A stretch of DNA of 64,000 bases, from the NCBI RefSeq assembly GCF_964355755.1, contig NC_092670.1:6066201-6130200 (forward strand), written 5' to 3'. Under the pieces are notes generated by a model. It was not told where the DNA came from and made no database searches. It was given only the letters and a program-made list of their open reading frames with translations. Made by a program: the position numbers and the translations under genes. This DNA comes from Antedon mediterranea (taxonomy: Eukaryota > Animalia > Echinodermata). Below are positions 35,201 through 47,223 of this stretch, piece after piece; position 1 is the first letter of the stretch, and each line of letters starts with the position of its first letter.

Positions 35201-38200
35201 GTAATTTTGTAATTGTTCTTGATTGAATTAACAAAATAATATCAATCAAAATGCATTATATACAGCAATAATGCTGCTACACATTACTGGATGAGCTAAC
35301 CATAACTATGTTTATGGACATTAACCAATCAAATTATTTTGATGTTTATTGTTTTGGGACCAGTTGACCATATTTACTGCATACATCAAATAGACTGCCA
35401 ATCAAGTCACTGTTTAACCAAGCTGCAGTTATTGACTCAATTACCTTGATTTAATTTAAGCTGGTTCAATATTGACACAATAAAATGGCTTCTGCCTGTA
35501 GTTGTTCTTAAAGTTGTTTCTCAGAATTGTAAATATTTTGTTTTAGACCTATTTACTTTTGGAATATTTGTATACTTACTGGGCTACCTTGCAGAATATA
35601 GTGAAGGACCATGGTCCATTGTAATTTGCCAAAACATTAGAAAACAAATATAAATGATTCTAAAGTAATATATTGTAAAATCACTCAAGAAAAAAAACCA
35701 CCACGAGGTATGAACAAAAACAACAAAGATACTCTACTATTCTCAAAATAATTTTTTCTAAAACTTACAATTTAAAAGTTTTAGGTTTAAAAAAATAAAT
35801 CTTTCACATATTTCATAACAGTTTACCATATTTAAAAAATATAAATATATTTTATTTTAATATGCAAATATTTTCTTGAATTTTAAAAGGGTCAAAAGAA
35901 CAATTATTGATAACTATTGCTCATTTCGATTGAATTTTTCCTTTCACAAATTTACAGAATTCGTAGTAGAATATTCACTGTCAACGTTTTATATGGGAAA
36001 ATGCATCGCAGCATGTGCATTAAAATTCTACACTAATGGTTTGATTTAATATTGTCTGTGATTGTGAATTATATATCGTCTTTGAATGATAATTATTGAT
36101 TTGATACTTCATGGATTATTCATAACTAAAAAAATAATAGTATCTGAAAATATAACATTCCTGTTACAGTGTTGTTTTGCAGACAAATTTCAAACAATTT
36201 TGTATTTATTATATTAGACTACAGTAGAACCCCTATTAAGGGGACACTTTTGGGACCAAAAATAGTGTACCTTTATGGCTGTATTTGTAAGCGATTTGTT
36301 TGTAGAATTACTTTAGAATTTTGAAATGGGCCTATACCTTTGAGTTTGTATACTTCACCCATGGAGGAAAAAATAAATAAATATTTTTTCTTCCATGCTT
36401 AACCTCTCTAAATTATCAAACTTGTTGTGACAATAAAATGTGATGTGTCCATATATGGACATGATGATGTCATATCACTACCATATTTAGGCACATGACA
36501 CTTTTTTTGTCAAACTAGTTTGATATGACATAACCATCCAGTTACTAAACAGAGCAGAGTCGGCTAGTAATGTTTTATTTTTAAATTTTTGTTGTGGGTA
36601 TTTACTTCAGATATGTGATTATACAGGAAACAATCCATTAGTCTTGATATTTGTAACTGTTATTTAAGCTAATTTTACCATGACAACACAAACAATAAAC
36701 CCCCAAGGTCTAGGTCCTTAGTAGCAATGTCAGTACTAACCACATTCATAACACATACAATGAGATCATACACAGGTGGACCACTCACCTTACCACAGGT
36801 GTGACTGACCACAATGGACAATTGACCTGGACAATCAACTGTATTCACTCAACAATTAGTCATGCTGTTATTCTGATACCTAGATAAATCCTGCTAATGT
36901 ATTTCTTTGGGATTGTTTGTCAAACAGTTTGTGAATAAATTACCTAAATGTTCTGCTATACAATTTGCCGAATCCCAATTTGCCCAGTCCTGTTACTTTC
37001 CCACTTACAATGGTCTTTTAGTAAAGCATGCCTTTACTCGCCATCACTTAGAGATTTGTTTAAATAACATACTTAATAGTTATGCCATCATGCTATATTA
37101 TATTATTAATTGCATGAAATAAAGTAAAATTGTTTTAGAAGTTGATTGTATTATATTTATTAAAAGTTTCAAACTTCTTAGTCAGCAAAGTGGACTTAGC
37201 AAATTAAGATTTATTATTAAAAATTGTCTTAGCACCAAACAGGACAAATTTCAAATGATTTGTTTTTTATAAGCTATTTAACTGGTAAATTGTTTGCAGC
37301 ACAACAGGACTTTCATTCTTTATGATAATTGTTATAGCAGTACTTTACTGTTGTATGGAAAGGTGGAAGTAGGGTTTTAACAAGAGGGATTCACGTTAAT
37401 GAGAATAACAGAAATTATAATAACAATAAGTATTTGATGTTATTCTTATTAGTCATAAATGTATACCGCAAATTATATTTTTACCTTCTGGTTCTTTGGG
37501 TCAAAGGTTACACAATCAAGTCAGCAGTGGAAACACTGTTTTATCCCAATCAAGACATTAGTAATGTTTGTACCATTTATCATTAGGTCAAATACAAATT
37601 TAAAGTTAAGCGGCTCTCCCTCCCCTGATTTTCGAGCCGCCTACTGTATGTTTTTTTTTTATTACATTTTTTTTTAAATTACAAAAAAAACGTAACATTC
37701 CTTCTTCTTAAGCATACATAAACAATTGTAGCATAAATCAATGTTGATGACCTATTAAAATACAGTAATAACAAAAAAATACAGTCCCCAAAAATGTATC
37801 CTGGGTCCCTGGGTTTAGCCAGTGAGCGCTCATGCTGTTACACCACTGTAGGAAATACACAATAATTGGTATGCTAGTCAACTTACATTATATATATTAT
37901 TGATGCAGGGTTTTCTTCATATACAGTGCAGACATTGTAATCATTGTTAACAAATTTGTATCTACATTGTAATGAACTATTTATTAGTATTACCCTAGAC
38001 ATAAAGGCTCCAGATTCGTTGACAATTATTAATCCACACACATTTAAATGTTTATGTCAATGTTATGGTAGACACTGTAATTACACAACTTGTAAAGTTT
38101 CATCATCTAGTTCTATCCTGGTTTATCATTTAACTTCTACTGTACCGTAGTATTTGTTATAATACTGAAATTAGTGGTCAAATGTTAATTCATTGTATGA

Positions 38201-38612
38201 TATATACACTGTATAGAAATTAATATAAATAAATATTTTATGCAATTCCTGTCTGGGAAGGTGTTTCTGAATGTGTTAATAAAACAGTCTTGGCATTCAC
38301 AAAATTGTGTATAGAACTAGCTAATTCTATGTGTTTTAAATTTATTTTTTTAATAGGTTGAAAGCCTTTAAAAGTGTTGAGTTGTATAAATAGTTTTATT
38401 ATTAAGTCTTGGTAAACAAATTCTACTTTATTATAATGGAATTGAAGTCAACAATTCAATAAGCAACTTTGTGTTTACCAGGCTTCATCAAAATCAATTT
38501 TGTTCACCATGTATCATTACACTATTAAATTCTTTACCAAGTTTACAATTCTTTGTGTTTAGTTATATCTTTATAACATAGCTAATTTTCACTATTGCTT
38601 TTATCTTCATAG

Positions 38613-38741
38613 CGGTGAAAGCGGTGCTGGTAAGACAGAGAGTACCAAGTTTATCCTGAATTATTTATCCAAGATGAGTCAAGCCTCTGCAGTTGAGACG
38701 GGCAATGATGTATCAGTTGAGAAATGCATTCTTCAAAGCAG
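38613..38741 (+). CDS. MYO10: Myosin-X motor exon (P-loop)
   Basis: SGESGAGKTESTKFILNYLSKMSQASAVETGNDVSVEKCILQSS; phase 2/2, AG and GT sites present. Confidence 0.95.
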
Positions 38742-41700
38742 GTATAGTTACAGAGTCGACTTATATAAGCCTAAACAATTTGTTTACTAAAATGTTATAT
38801 CTCAAATATTATTAAACCGAAATTATTCCAAAAAAAGACAATGCTTGGGTATCAGTCACTGGATCTCAACAGAGATAGAAATGAAGTAAGCAAAAACGAT
38901 AAAGTAAAACAGCCAGAAAGTGCCCAGCTTTTGATAAATGCTATTCCTTCCATCCTTAAAATTTATATTTTTAAATACATCACCGAAGAGATAAAAGGCT
39001 TTTTTTGACTTTGGTGCTATTGGTTTACTTTAATCCAACTTTTGTAGCATATATAGTCAGTCGCATTTTTCACTCAAGCTCACTATGTTCTTCTCCAGTG
39101 ATCTATCAATTAGTAGATATAATTTAGAGCTGAAACGAGAAAGTGGTTCCTCTAGATCTTCGTTATTCGTTCATTTTATGATTACTTCATTCTTTTTTAG
39201 TGTGAACCACACTTGGAAATTCAATAAAGACAAACATCATTAATTTAATCTATGTAATTATAATTCAATCTAATTAAATGATAATATTAAATGCAAATAA
39301 TTTAAGGTAATCAATGTTTACCTCAATAACAAAATATGGACAATGTTTTACAATTTGTCTGCAATATTTACAAATTTTCCAATTTAAATATAAGAATTGT
39401 AGAAATCTTCTTCGAAGCTAATGCGACCCGAAGGGTTAACAATCGGAAACTATCTTAATGATATGTGACTACGTAGACAAAGGTTTTTTTGCAATTATTC
39501 GTTCAGAATTCGTCCAAATCTATCTCATTCTACGTACGATTACCCCATTTAGCTATGCTGTGTACTAATCCTGTCTCTCCATCCATCACAGGGTTCAGTG
39601 AATGAAGTTCATTGAAGCATGACTAACGTCTCTTGTCAGCTGGGTTGTTGTTGAGTGGTTAGTTGAAATTATGTGCTGACTTTTCTGTAATTCAACTGCT
39701 CCCATCCTTTTGTTTATTTCTAATATTTCACACCTTTTCTGACACAATTAAATATAATACTTGGTAAACATGGGAATTTAGAGGGAAGAATCTGTGATCT
39801 TGTATGATGTCTCGATTACAAAGTTTTGCCATATTTTCAGTCGTTTTTTCATATATTATCTAAAATTATGCTTAATGGATAATGCAAATTTTTTTGTGAA
39901 AATAGATAGAGATTTTATGCTGTGTATGTTATTATACCAACCATATGTCCTTCTTTAGCAATATTTCCAGCGACGCCCTTTTAGATCACAAACAATTGGA
40001 GGCAATGATTAGAGAGAGTTTTTAATTAGTCAATTAATGGAAGACTTTAATGGAGTATTATTGTTTATAGTTAAATACATCTTTGTTTATTCAGATGGTA
40101 TTGCAATTTCTTAAGTACCTCATTTGATGCATAAAATACCGCATATACTTACAACTCCACTGCTCCATGAAATTAATTTTAATCTGTAATCACAAACTCA
40201 AATGCATTATTTGAATAATTACGTTTATTTGTGGGATATGAACAATTCATTATTGCATAAGAAATCTATTAGGTGCTTTTGTTCGGCTGATTAAATGACT
40301 TATCCTAGTTGATCCGTTGGGAATTTATCCATGTCTGTTATTTTTGACATTTTACCATAAGGCCTCTTTATACTGCAAGAAAATAACCCATTAAATCTGT
40401 TTTCTTGGCGTCAGAACTTGGACATAATAACCAGTTAAATAGTATTCTCAAAATAGCGGTTAAAAAAAGCCAAGCGTGTGGTGGAACGCCATTTAAAACA
40501 TTTATCGCTGTGAATAATGAAGTAGCAACAAATACTTTCTCCGGAGATATTGCAAGTTTCGTTTTGCGATGAAAATAGGTAATAAATCTGGACAATCTAT
40601 GCAGTGTGAAAAGGGTATTAAGCCTACCTTGGAGATATTTAGCAGAAACGATTTTTTGTTTCATAAACATGGCTCACACATAGTTTATAATATAAGTGTC
40701 AATATTCCTTTTTTATGTAAACCATTTTAACTAAATTGGGATAAATTGAAAATGTGAATACAGGTAATTATATTATAGAACATATGGATAGAAGAATTTG
40801 CAGATGATCAATAAATATTGATATACTACCTGTACAGATACTGTACTAGGATTCTCCATATTGCTGTTCACTTAGAATAGTATAATTTACGATCCTCCAG
40901 TTTCATTCATAAATACACTATGATGCCATTAAATATCAATTCCCTGCAGTACTCCCAATAAAGCATCTGACCAATCAGATTTCAGTATGTGCTATGTATA
41001 TCCATCATTGTTAAAGAGATGAGCATTGTTGTAAATAGCTTATTATTTTGTTCTGAATACATGTAGTATTTTGATTATTAATGTTTATAAAAAGATTTCT
41101 TGCTGCTTAAAAATAGTTGATACCTTTTCAATGCAATGCCTGTAAGTGCATCTTTGAAATCCTACATCAATATTGTCAGCTTTATATATAAATCTAATAT
41201 GGTAAAAGAAGGATGGTCACTCATCATTTATAATTAAAATATTTTAGTTGAAACATGTTTATGTTACAATATAAACTTACAGACATAGAGAAATCCTAAA
41301 CCACCCTAGATATACTGGAAATGAATATATTAATTTGTAAACCGTGAAACTGAGGAAATCTGCGAGAATGAGAAAATCTGCCTCAACTGAGATTCAAACC
41401 TGGTAGTTTAGACCACCAAGTTGAGTACCCCAGAAAAGAGTAAAATTACACTCTTTCCTGGCATTGATGCATGGAGGTAGAAATATATCTACATCTATAG
41501 AGACTCAGTTGTTTTGAGAGCTGTGTATGATATTAATAGTCGACCATAGATGTGTAAGATCTTGAATTGTACAGTATAGTAAGGTCTGTTTAGGAAAATG
41601 TGGAAGGTAGAGCTTACATACCCAATCAATACATTGTATTGTGGAAAAATATTTATACCTTTAATATATTTCTAATAAACAGTTTGTTGTGGAAGATGTG

Positions 41701-42942
41701 GGTAGGTACCTTATTACCTATTAAATATTTAATAAGTTAATAAAAGATTATTATGTAGATGTTATGTTAATTTAATATTTTATTAATGATCTTATAAGGT
41801 TATATGAAAATATTTCCTTGAAGAGATGAGTACACATTGTATATATATATTGTATATTACAATACTCGGGCTGAAAGCACCAAAAGAAGTAGTGTTTCAT
41901 AAAAAAAATTGTTGTAATTAATAATAACCTTATTTGTGCGTTCCGACTTCCATAAAGACAGCCCATGTAGTTAATATTACCGTCACGATCTGGTCTGCTC
42001 TGTATTACCTGCTTATGCAGTGAAGCTTATTAAAATATGTTTGAAACATCCTATCAACAATTGTTCGTACCCTCTATTCGGTAAAGACACCTTTTATTGA
42101 ACCCTGGTAATTACATTCTGTTTAAAGTCAGCCAGCTTGGGTCTAACTTTGGGAAAAATTACAGTTATAGTTATAGTGAATAGCATTTTCCAACATATTT
42201 TTGAAAATGAACATTTTTCAAATGAGTTCATATAATTTTAAGACACAATGACCAAAAGTCATCATCAGCTACTGTAAGGTAGGCCTCTTTCACTGCCTCT
42301 AGTTTCAAAAGAGCACTTCTGAATGAAAGGGGTGCGGTTGGGTATTTCAAACCCTCAAACAACATGACAGTGATCCCAAACAGTATTAGAAGCTAATGTA
42401 CGCCAATTTAAATTAGTCTCGGCATTCTGTTTCTCATCACTCATGAAATTATGCATTCATTTGTGATTCAGCATCTCTCATATTGAGATACTGATTATTT
42501 GTGGTTGATAATGAGCTATCTATTGATGCATGGAATGTGTTTTGGTGTATCCATAAGGTTGTTAGGCTATCAAAAAGAAGATGAGTCAACATTTTGAAAT
42601 CTTATATATTCATTCTTCATTAAAAATATTATCCTAGCCTCATAACAATAGTGACCTTGTATGCATATGCTATTATTCAATGACAGACTTTATGGAAATG
42701 AGTAAAGATTTTATAATTTGATAAATGATCTCAATAGTTATCATATCTACTGATTGTTTATTCTTATATATTCTCTCTTTTGTTTCTCTATCATCTTTCT
42801 TTTCTTCCTCAATCATCTCTCTTTCCTTTCTCTTTTATCTTCTCTCTTTCCTCAATAATATCTCCTTCTATTATCATCTCTCTTTCCTTCCTCTACCATC
42901 ATTTCTCTGTCCTTCCTCTACCATCTCTCTTTCTTTCCTCAA

Positions 42943-43475
42943 TCATCTTTCTCCTTTCTCTATCATCATCTCTCTTTCTCCTTTCTCTATCATCATCTCT
43001 CTTTCTCCTTTCTCTATCATATCTCTTTCTCCTTTCTCTATCATCATCTCTCTTTCTCCTTTCTCTATCATCATCTCTCTTTCTCCTTTCTCTATCATCT
43101 CTCTTTCTCCTTTCTCTATCATCATCTCTCTTTCTCCTTTCTCTATCATCATCTCTCTTTCTCCTTTCTCTATCATCATCTCTCTTTCTCCTTTCTCTAT
43201 CATCATCTCTCTTTCTCTATCATCATCTCTCTTTCTCCTTTCTCTATCATCTCTCTTTCTCCTTTCTCTATCATCTCTCTTTCTCCTTTCTCTATCATCT
43301 CTCTTTCTCCTTTCTCTATCATCTCTCTTTCTCCTTTCTCTATCATCTCTCTTTCTCCTTTCTCTATCATCTCTCTTTCTCCTTTCTCTATCATCATCTC
43401 TCTTTCTTCTTTCTCTATCATCTCTCTTTCTCCTTTCTCTATCATCTCTCTTTCTCCTTTCTCTATCATCTCTCT
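42943..43475. repeat. CT-rich minisatellite with 24/27-bp units, inside a ~0.85-kb pyrimidine tract (42760-43610)
   Basis: About 20 copies of TCTCTATCATC(ATC)TCTCTTTCTCCTT. Confidence 0.95.
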
Positions 43476-44348
43476 TCCTCCTTTATATATCATCTTCTCT
43501 TTTATTTTCTGTATCACCATCTCTCTTTCTGCTTTCTCTATCATCTTCTCTCGTTTCTTTTTCTAACATCTTCACTCTTTCCTTTCTCTATCATCTCTCT
43601 TTCATTTTGCAATCACCATAATGTAATTTTCCTTAAACATGCTTTGCGGCTCTTTTTTGTTGTTACTCTGTTGTTTACTTTTCTTTCTATTGTACTTTCT
43701 TTTCTTCTTTATTATGCTTTAATGTTGTATCTATGTAATTTTGTTTGTCTTCTTCATTGTATACTTTTTTCATTTCACAATCTACTTTTCTTTTTATCAT
43801 TATAATTGGCTAGCTTTCCCTTTCTCCATCATCTTCTATTGCTAACAGTATTATATTTCAACATTGAATATTGATTATTTGTATTTGGTATATTTCATTT
43901 TTTTATGAAAGTACAAAGCTGTAAACAAACAAAGAACATAAGAAAAGAGTTTGAAATAAATCACAGTCCACTATCTCACCAAAGTGGAAGAAGATAAGAG
44001 ATTAAAAAATAATTTTTTTAATACAATATATTCGTAAACAAACTATAATCAATGAATAGTTTAAATTCTAAAATAATGTCTTGAGCTTCTAAAAATTATT
44101 ACATTAAAAAAAATCCATGAATAAAAATCCAATTTTTATGCATATTTTCTAGATGTTTCTCTTTCATTTTCCTTTCTCCCATTCTTCCTTCCTTAGCATT
44201 GTTTCGTCTACCTCACAGAAACAATAAAATCAAATTTAAATTCTGCTCATTGGCAACACATTGAGAGCATATTACAGTCAATTTACCCATTAGCTAGTTG
44301 AAAGATGAAGACTAAATTACCTTAATATAAATGTCTTTATTATTTCAG

Positions 44349-44473
44349 TCCCATCTTAGAAGCTTTTGGAAATGCCAAGACTGTTTACAACAACAACTCA
44401 AGTCGATTTGGAAAGTTCATTCAACTAGCTTTCTCAAGTAGAGGTGTTATCGAAGGTGGAAAAGTACAAGACT
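44349..44473 (+). CDS. MYO10: Myosin-X motor exon (switch I), ends at a U12-type donor
   Basis: [41 protein letters not shown], followed by GTATCCTTTT. Confidence 0.95.
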
Positions 44474-44597
44474 GTATCCTTTTATTCATAGAGGTTTAGG
44501 TTCGAAGCGTGTAAATAGTTTGTTCTAATTGTCATAAAATATGGTACGGAAAAAGGACAAGTATATCAGTTGTGTCGGTTAGTATGTCAGGAACATA

Positions 44598-45433
44598 CCG
44601 TATATTTCGGTGTATAAGTCGCACCTGTGTATAAGACGCACCCCCTAACTGAGAGTAAAATATCGGTATTTTTTATATCGTCGATGTATAAGACGCACCT
44701 TATATTTCATCAAAACAATGTTTTTTATATATTGTAATCAATCTTATTGTAATATATTTTGTTATATCTACAACGGCGTTTTTTATTTAGGTTTTTTCTT
44801 ACCTAGGCTCGGCCGCGGCCAGCCTCAACAAGTTGTTTCTAACTTGTTGTTCATGAGTTTCGCACCCGTAACATCGAGTGCATGACCGTGTGTGTAACAC
44901 GCACGTGTGTGGGCTAGCCTCGCTCGATCATTTCAAGAGGGCGCACGTTTTCACAGACAATCATATTCGATTAGTATCTATGTATCCGAGAAGTGTGTAC
45001 GCTAGGTCCATGCTATAATCACCTGGAGAATATACTAGTCGAATACCGTACACCATGTGGCCGCCAAGAAGGGCTTGCGCTGGGGGTACGGCGATCGTGC
45101 GTATAACTACTGTATAAATAAATACTATTCCAATCGTACGTAAACGTCTACAAATGAAATTTTATCGCCATAATGAACAAATCTTTTCATCATATTTAGT
45201 ATAACATCATGCTAAAATGCCTTGAAAACTAGGCAGAAGCAGGTTGCCGTTACGTTAGTTACTGTAGCTAGGCCTAGCCTACTCAGGCATAGCAAATGAG
45301 GTGACGATAGCCTAGGCTTAGGCTATGTACAATCTGTGTGGTGAGGCATTTATGTTCGGTGTATAAGACGCACCCTTAATTTAGAGGTCAAATTTGCTTG
45401 TGAAAAGTGCGACTTATACACCGAAATATACGG
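44598..45433. mobile_element. Tc1/mariner-pogo-type MITE (836 bp)
   Basis: Perfect TIRs CCGTATATTTCGGTGTATAAGTCGCAC; TA duplication on both sides; internal GTATAAGACGCACC repeats. Confidence 0.9.
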
Positions 45434-46337
45434 TACCTTCTAACTCACTTATACTCTAAACCTCTTCTGTATTACTTACATATCCTCTAGTATAGGTGTG
45501 ATACGAGAGATATTTATTATGTTGGTTATTATTATAGATGGTACATTTTCCTGGGTCCTGGAGATTTCCCCCCTTCTACTGTATTGATATCAAGATTTTA
45601 ACTAGAAAGAAATTGATGAATATGTTTTGATGGCTATTTACTTCATAATGAAATACATAATACAGAACTCAATATCAATTTTAATTATCCAGCATTATAA
45701 TGAATAGAACAGCAAGTCTGTAAGGAAACCCAACGATCTAGTGAGTCATTCTGATGAGTGGAAATCATTGTAGAAATAGCTATTCTGATAAGAAAATCAA
45801 TTTAAATATTCATGACTGTAATGATTACCTGATGTTGACGTTTTCTCATGAATATTCTAAAAAGTATACTAATAAATTCTACTAATGATAATAAATTATG
45901 TTTTGTTTTGTCTTTAATAATTAACTATTTAATACCACTGGGTTTTTAGGAATTAAGAATTTCTAATTTACTTATAAATTTGCTCATTAACTACTAATGA
46001 CTCATATCAGGTTGCTTGTTTACTAGGTTTCCATAATTCAATTTAGGAGATATTGTGAAAAGATGGGTTTTATAGCTAATTTGCATATTCATGCTCATTT
46101 GCATATGAAGGTGGTGGTTGATGGAGTGTTGATTTGTTTTTAGTGATCAGGACAACATATACATGCTAGATTCAGTAGCCTATAATGACTCATATCAGAT
46201 TGCTTGTTTACTAGGTTGCTTGTTTACTAGGTTTCTATTATTGAATTAGACCAATTGAACCAAGTTTTAAAACCAGGTTATTTATTATAAGTACCAACTA
46301 GGTTTACTCTTAACTAGGTTGCTATAAATGATACTGT

Positions 46338-47223
46338 GGGTATGTTCAGACTCACGGAGTTACGGTGGAGTTATGTACGCGGCGTACATATTTTTGTGTC
46401 TGAACCATGCCGCGGATTAGCGTTAGGGAGCTGTTACTCCGCGCCAGTGGCGTTAATAACTCCAGCGGAAGAGGGTAGATTTCATAAGGCTAATCCATTG
46501 ATGCATCAGTGATTTCAACCTCCGGTCAACGTCAGCCAATGAAAAGACACGGCCGCAATTAGCAGCAGTCTATTCGCGAGGTTTTTTTTTAATAGCAAAA
46601 CAATATACTATTCCTCGAGCTAGCCTAGATCAACAACAACATTCGAATTAAAATGAAACGTGTTACATGGAAAAGTACAGAAGTGGCTGATTTGATTTCA
46701 TTATGGGGCAGCCCTGAATTTATAGACAAGATAGAAATTAGGAATTGGAAAGCTAGCGCCGGCAACAAGATGGCTGTTTTTAAAGAAATTGCATCTAAAC
46801 TGCAAAATTCTTCCTGACGGTGACGAAGTTGGCGTCGGCGACATGATTTCACAAAATTAATTAAAATCATACAAATAATGGCAAAGTCATTGTCCGTGTA
46901 ATAATTATGTTCGAAATTACTATCTTCTGTAAGGATTTGCAAAAAAATCGGCAAAAAAACCATTACATTTGAAGGTAACATTGTATTATATTGCTAGGCC
47001 TAGCTAGTGTTGTAAACTTTCGCGCGTTTCACTCTCAGCTCTCTGTTGTTGTTATTGTGTATGTATCCCATCGGCCGTTTCGGTATGACAGAACTTCCGC
47101 TTTAAACGCAAGACGTTTGGAATGCTAATCGTTGTGTCTGAACACCTTGACTTTTAACGCCACGGATTACCGTACGCCTTGCGTAGATAACTCCACCGTA
47201 ACTCCGTGAGTCTGAACATACCC
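46338..47223. mobile_element. Non-autonomous PIF/Harbinger element, family B copy 2 (886 bp, opposite orientation)
   Basis: Same TIRs and subterminal regions as 28155-29779, inverted; TGT 3-bp target duplication; different interior. Confidence 0.9.
46653..46817 (+). pseudogene. Truncated Myb/SANT-like (trihelix) ORF of a Harbinger element
   Basis: MKRVTWKSTEVADLISLWGSPEFIDKIEIRNWKASAGNKMAVFKEIASKLQNSS* fits the W...E...LI.LW...N..VF..IA..L pattern of Myb/SANT-like DNA-binding domains. Confidence 0.6.

Noticed and set aside
40390-40572. Plus-frame peptide SVFLASELGHNNQLNSILK...GGTPF resembling an ankyrin repeat
   Set aside because: One weak repeat with wrong periodicity, bounded by stops and without convincing splice sites.
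42725-43805. Long ORFs of 298, 341, 87 and 113 aa
   Set aside because: They are translations of the CT-rich minisatellite, whose unit lengths are multiples of 3; there is no protein signal.
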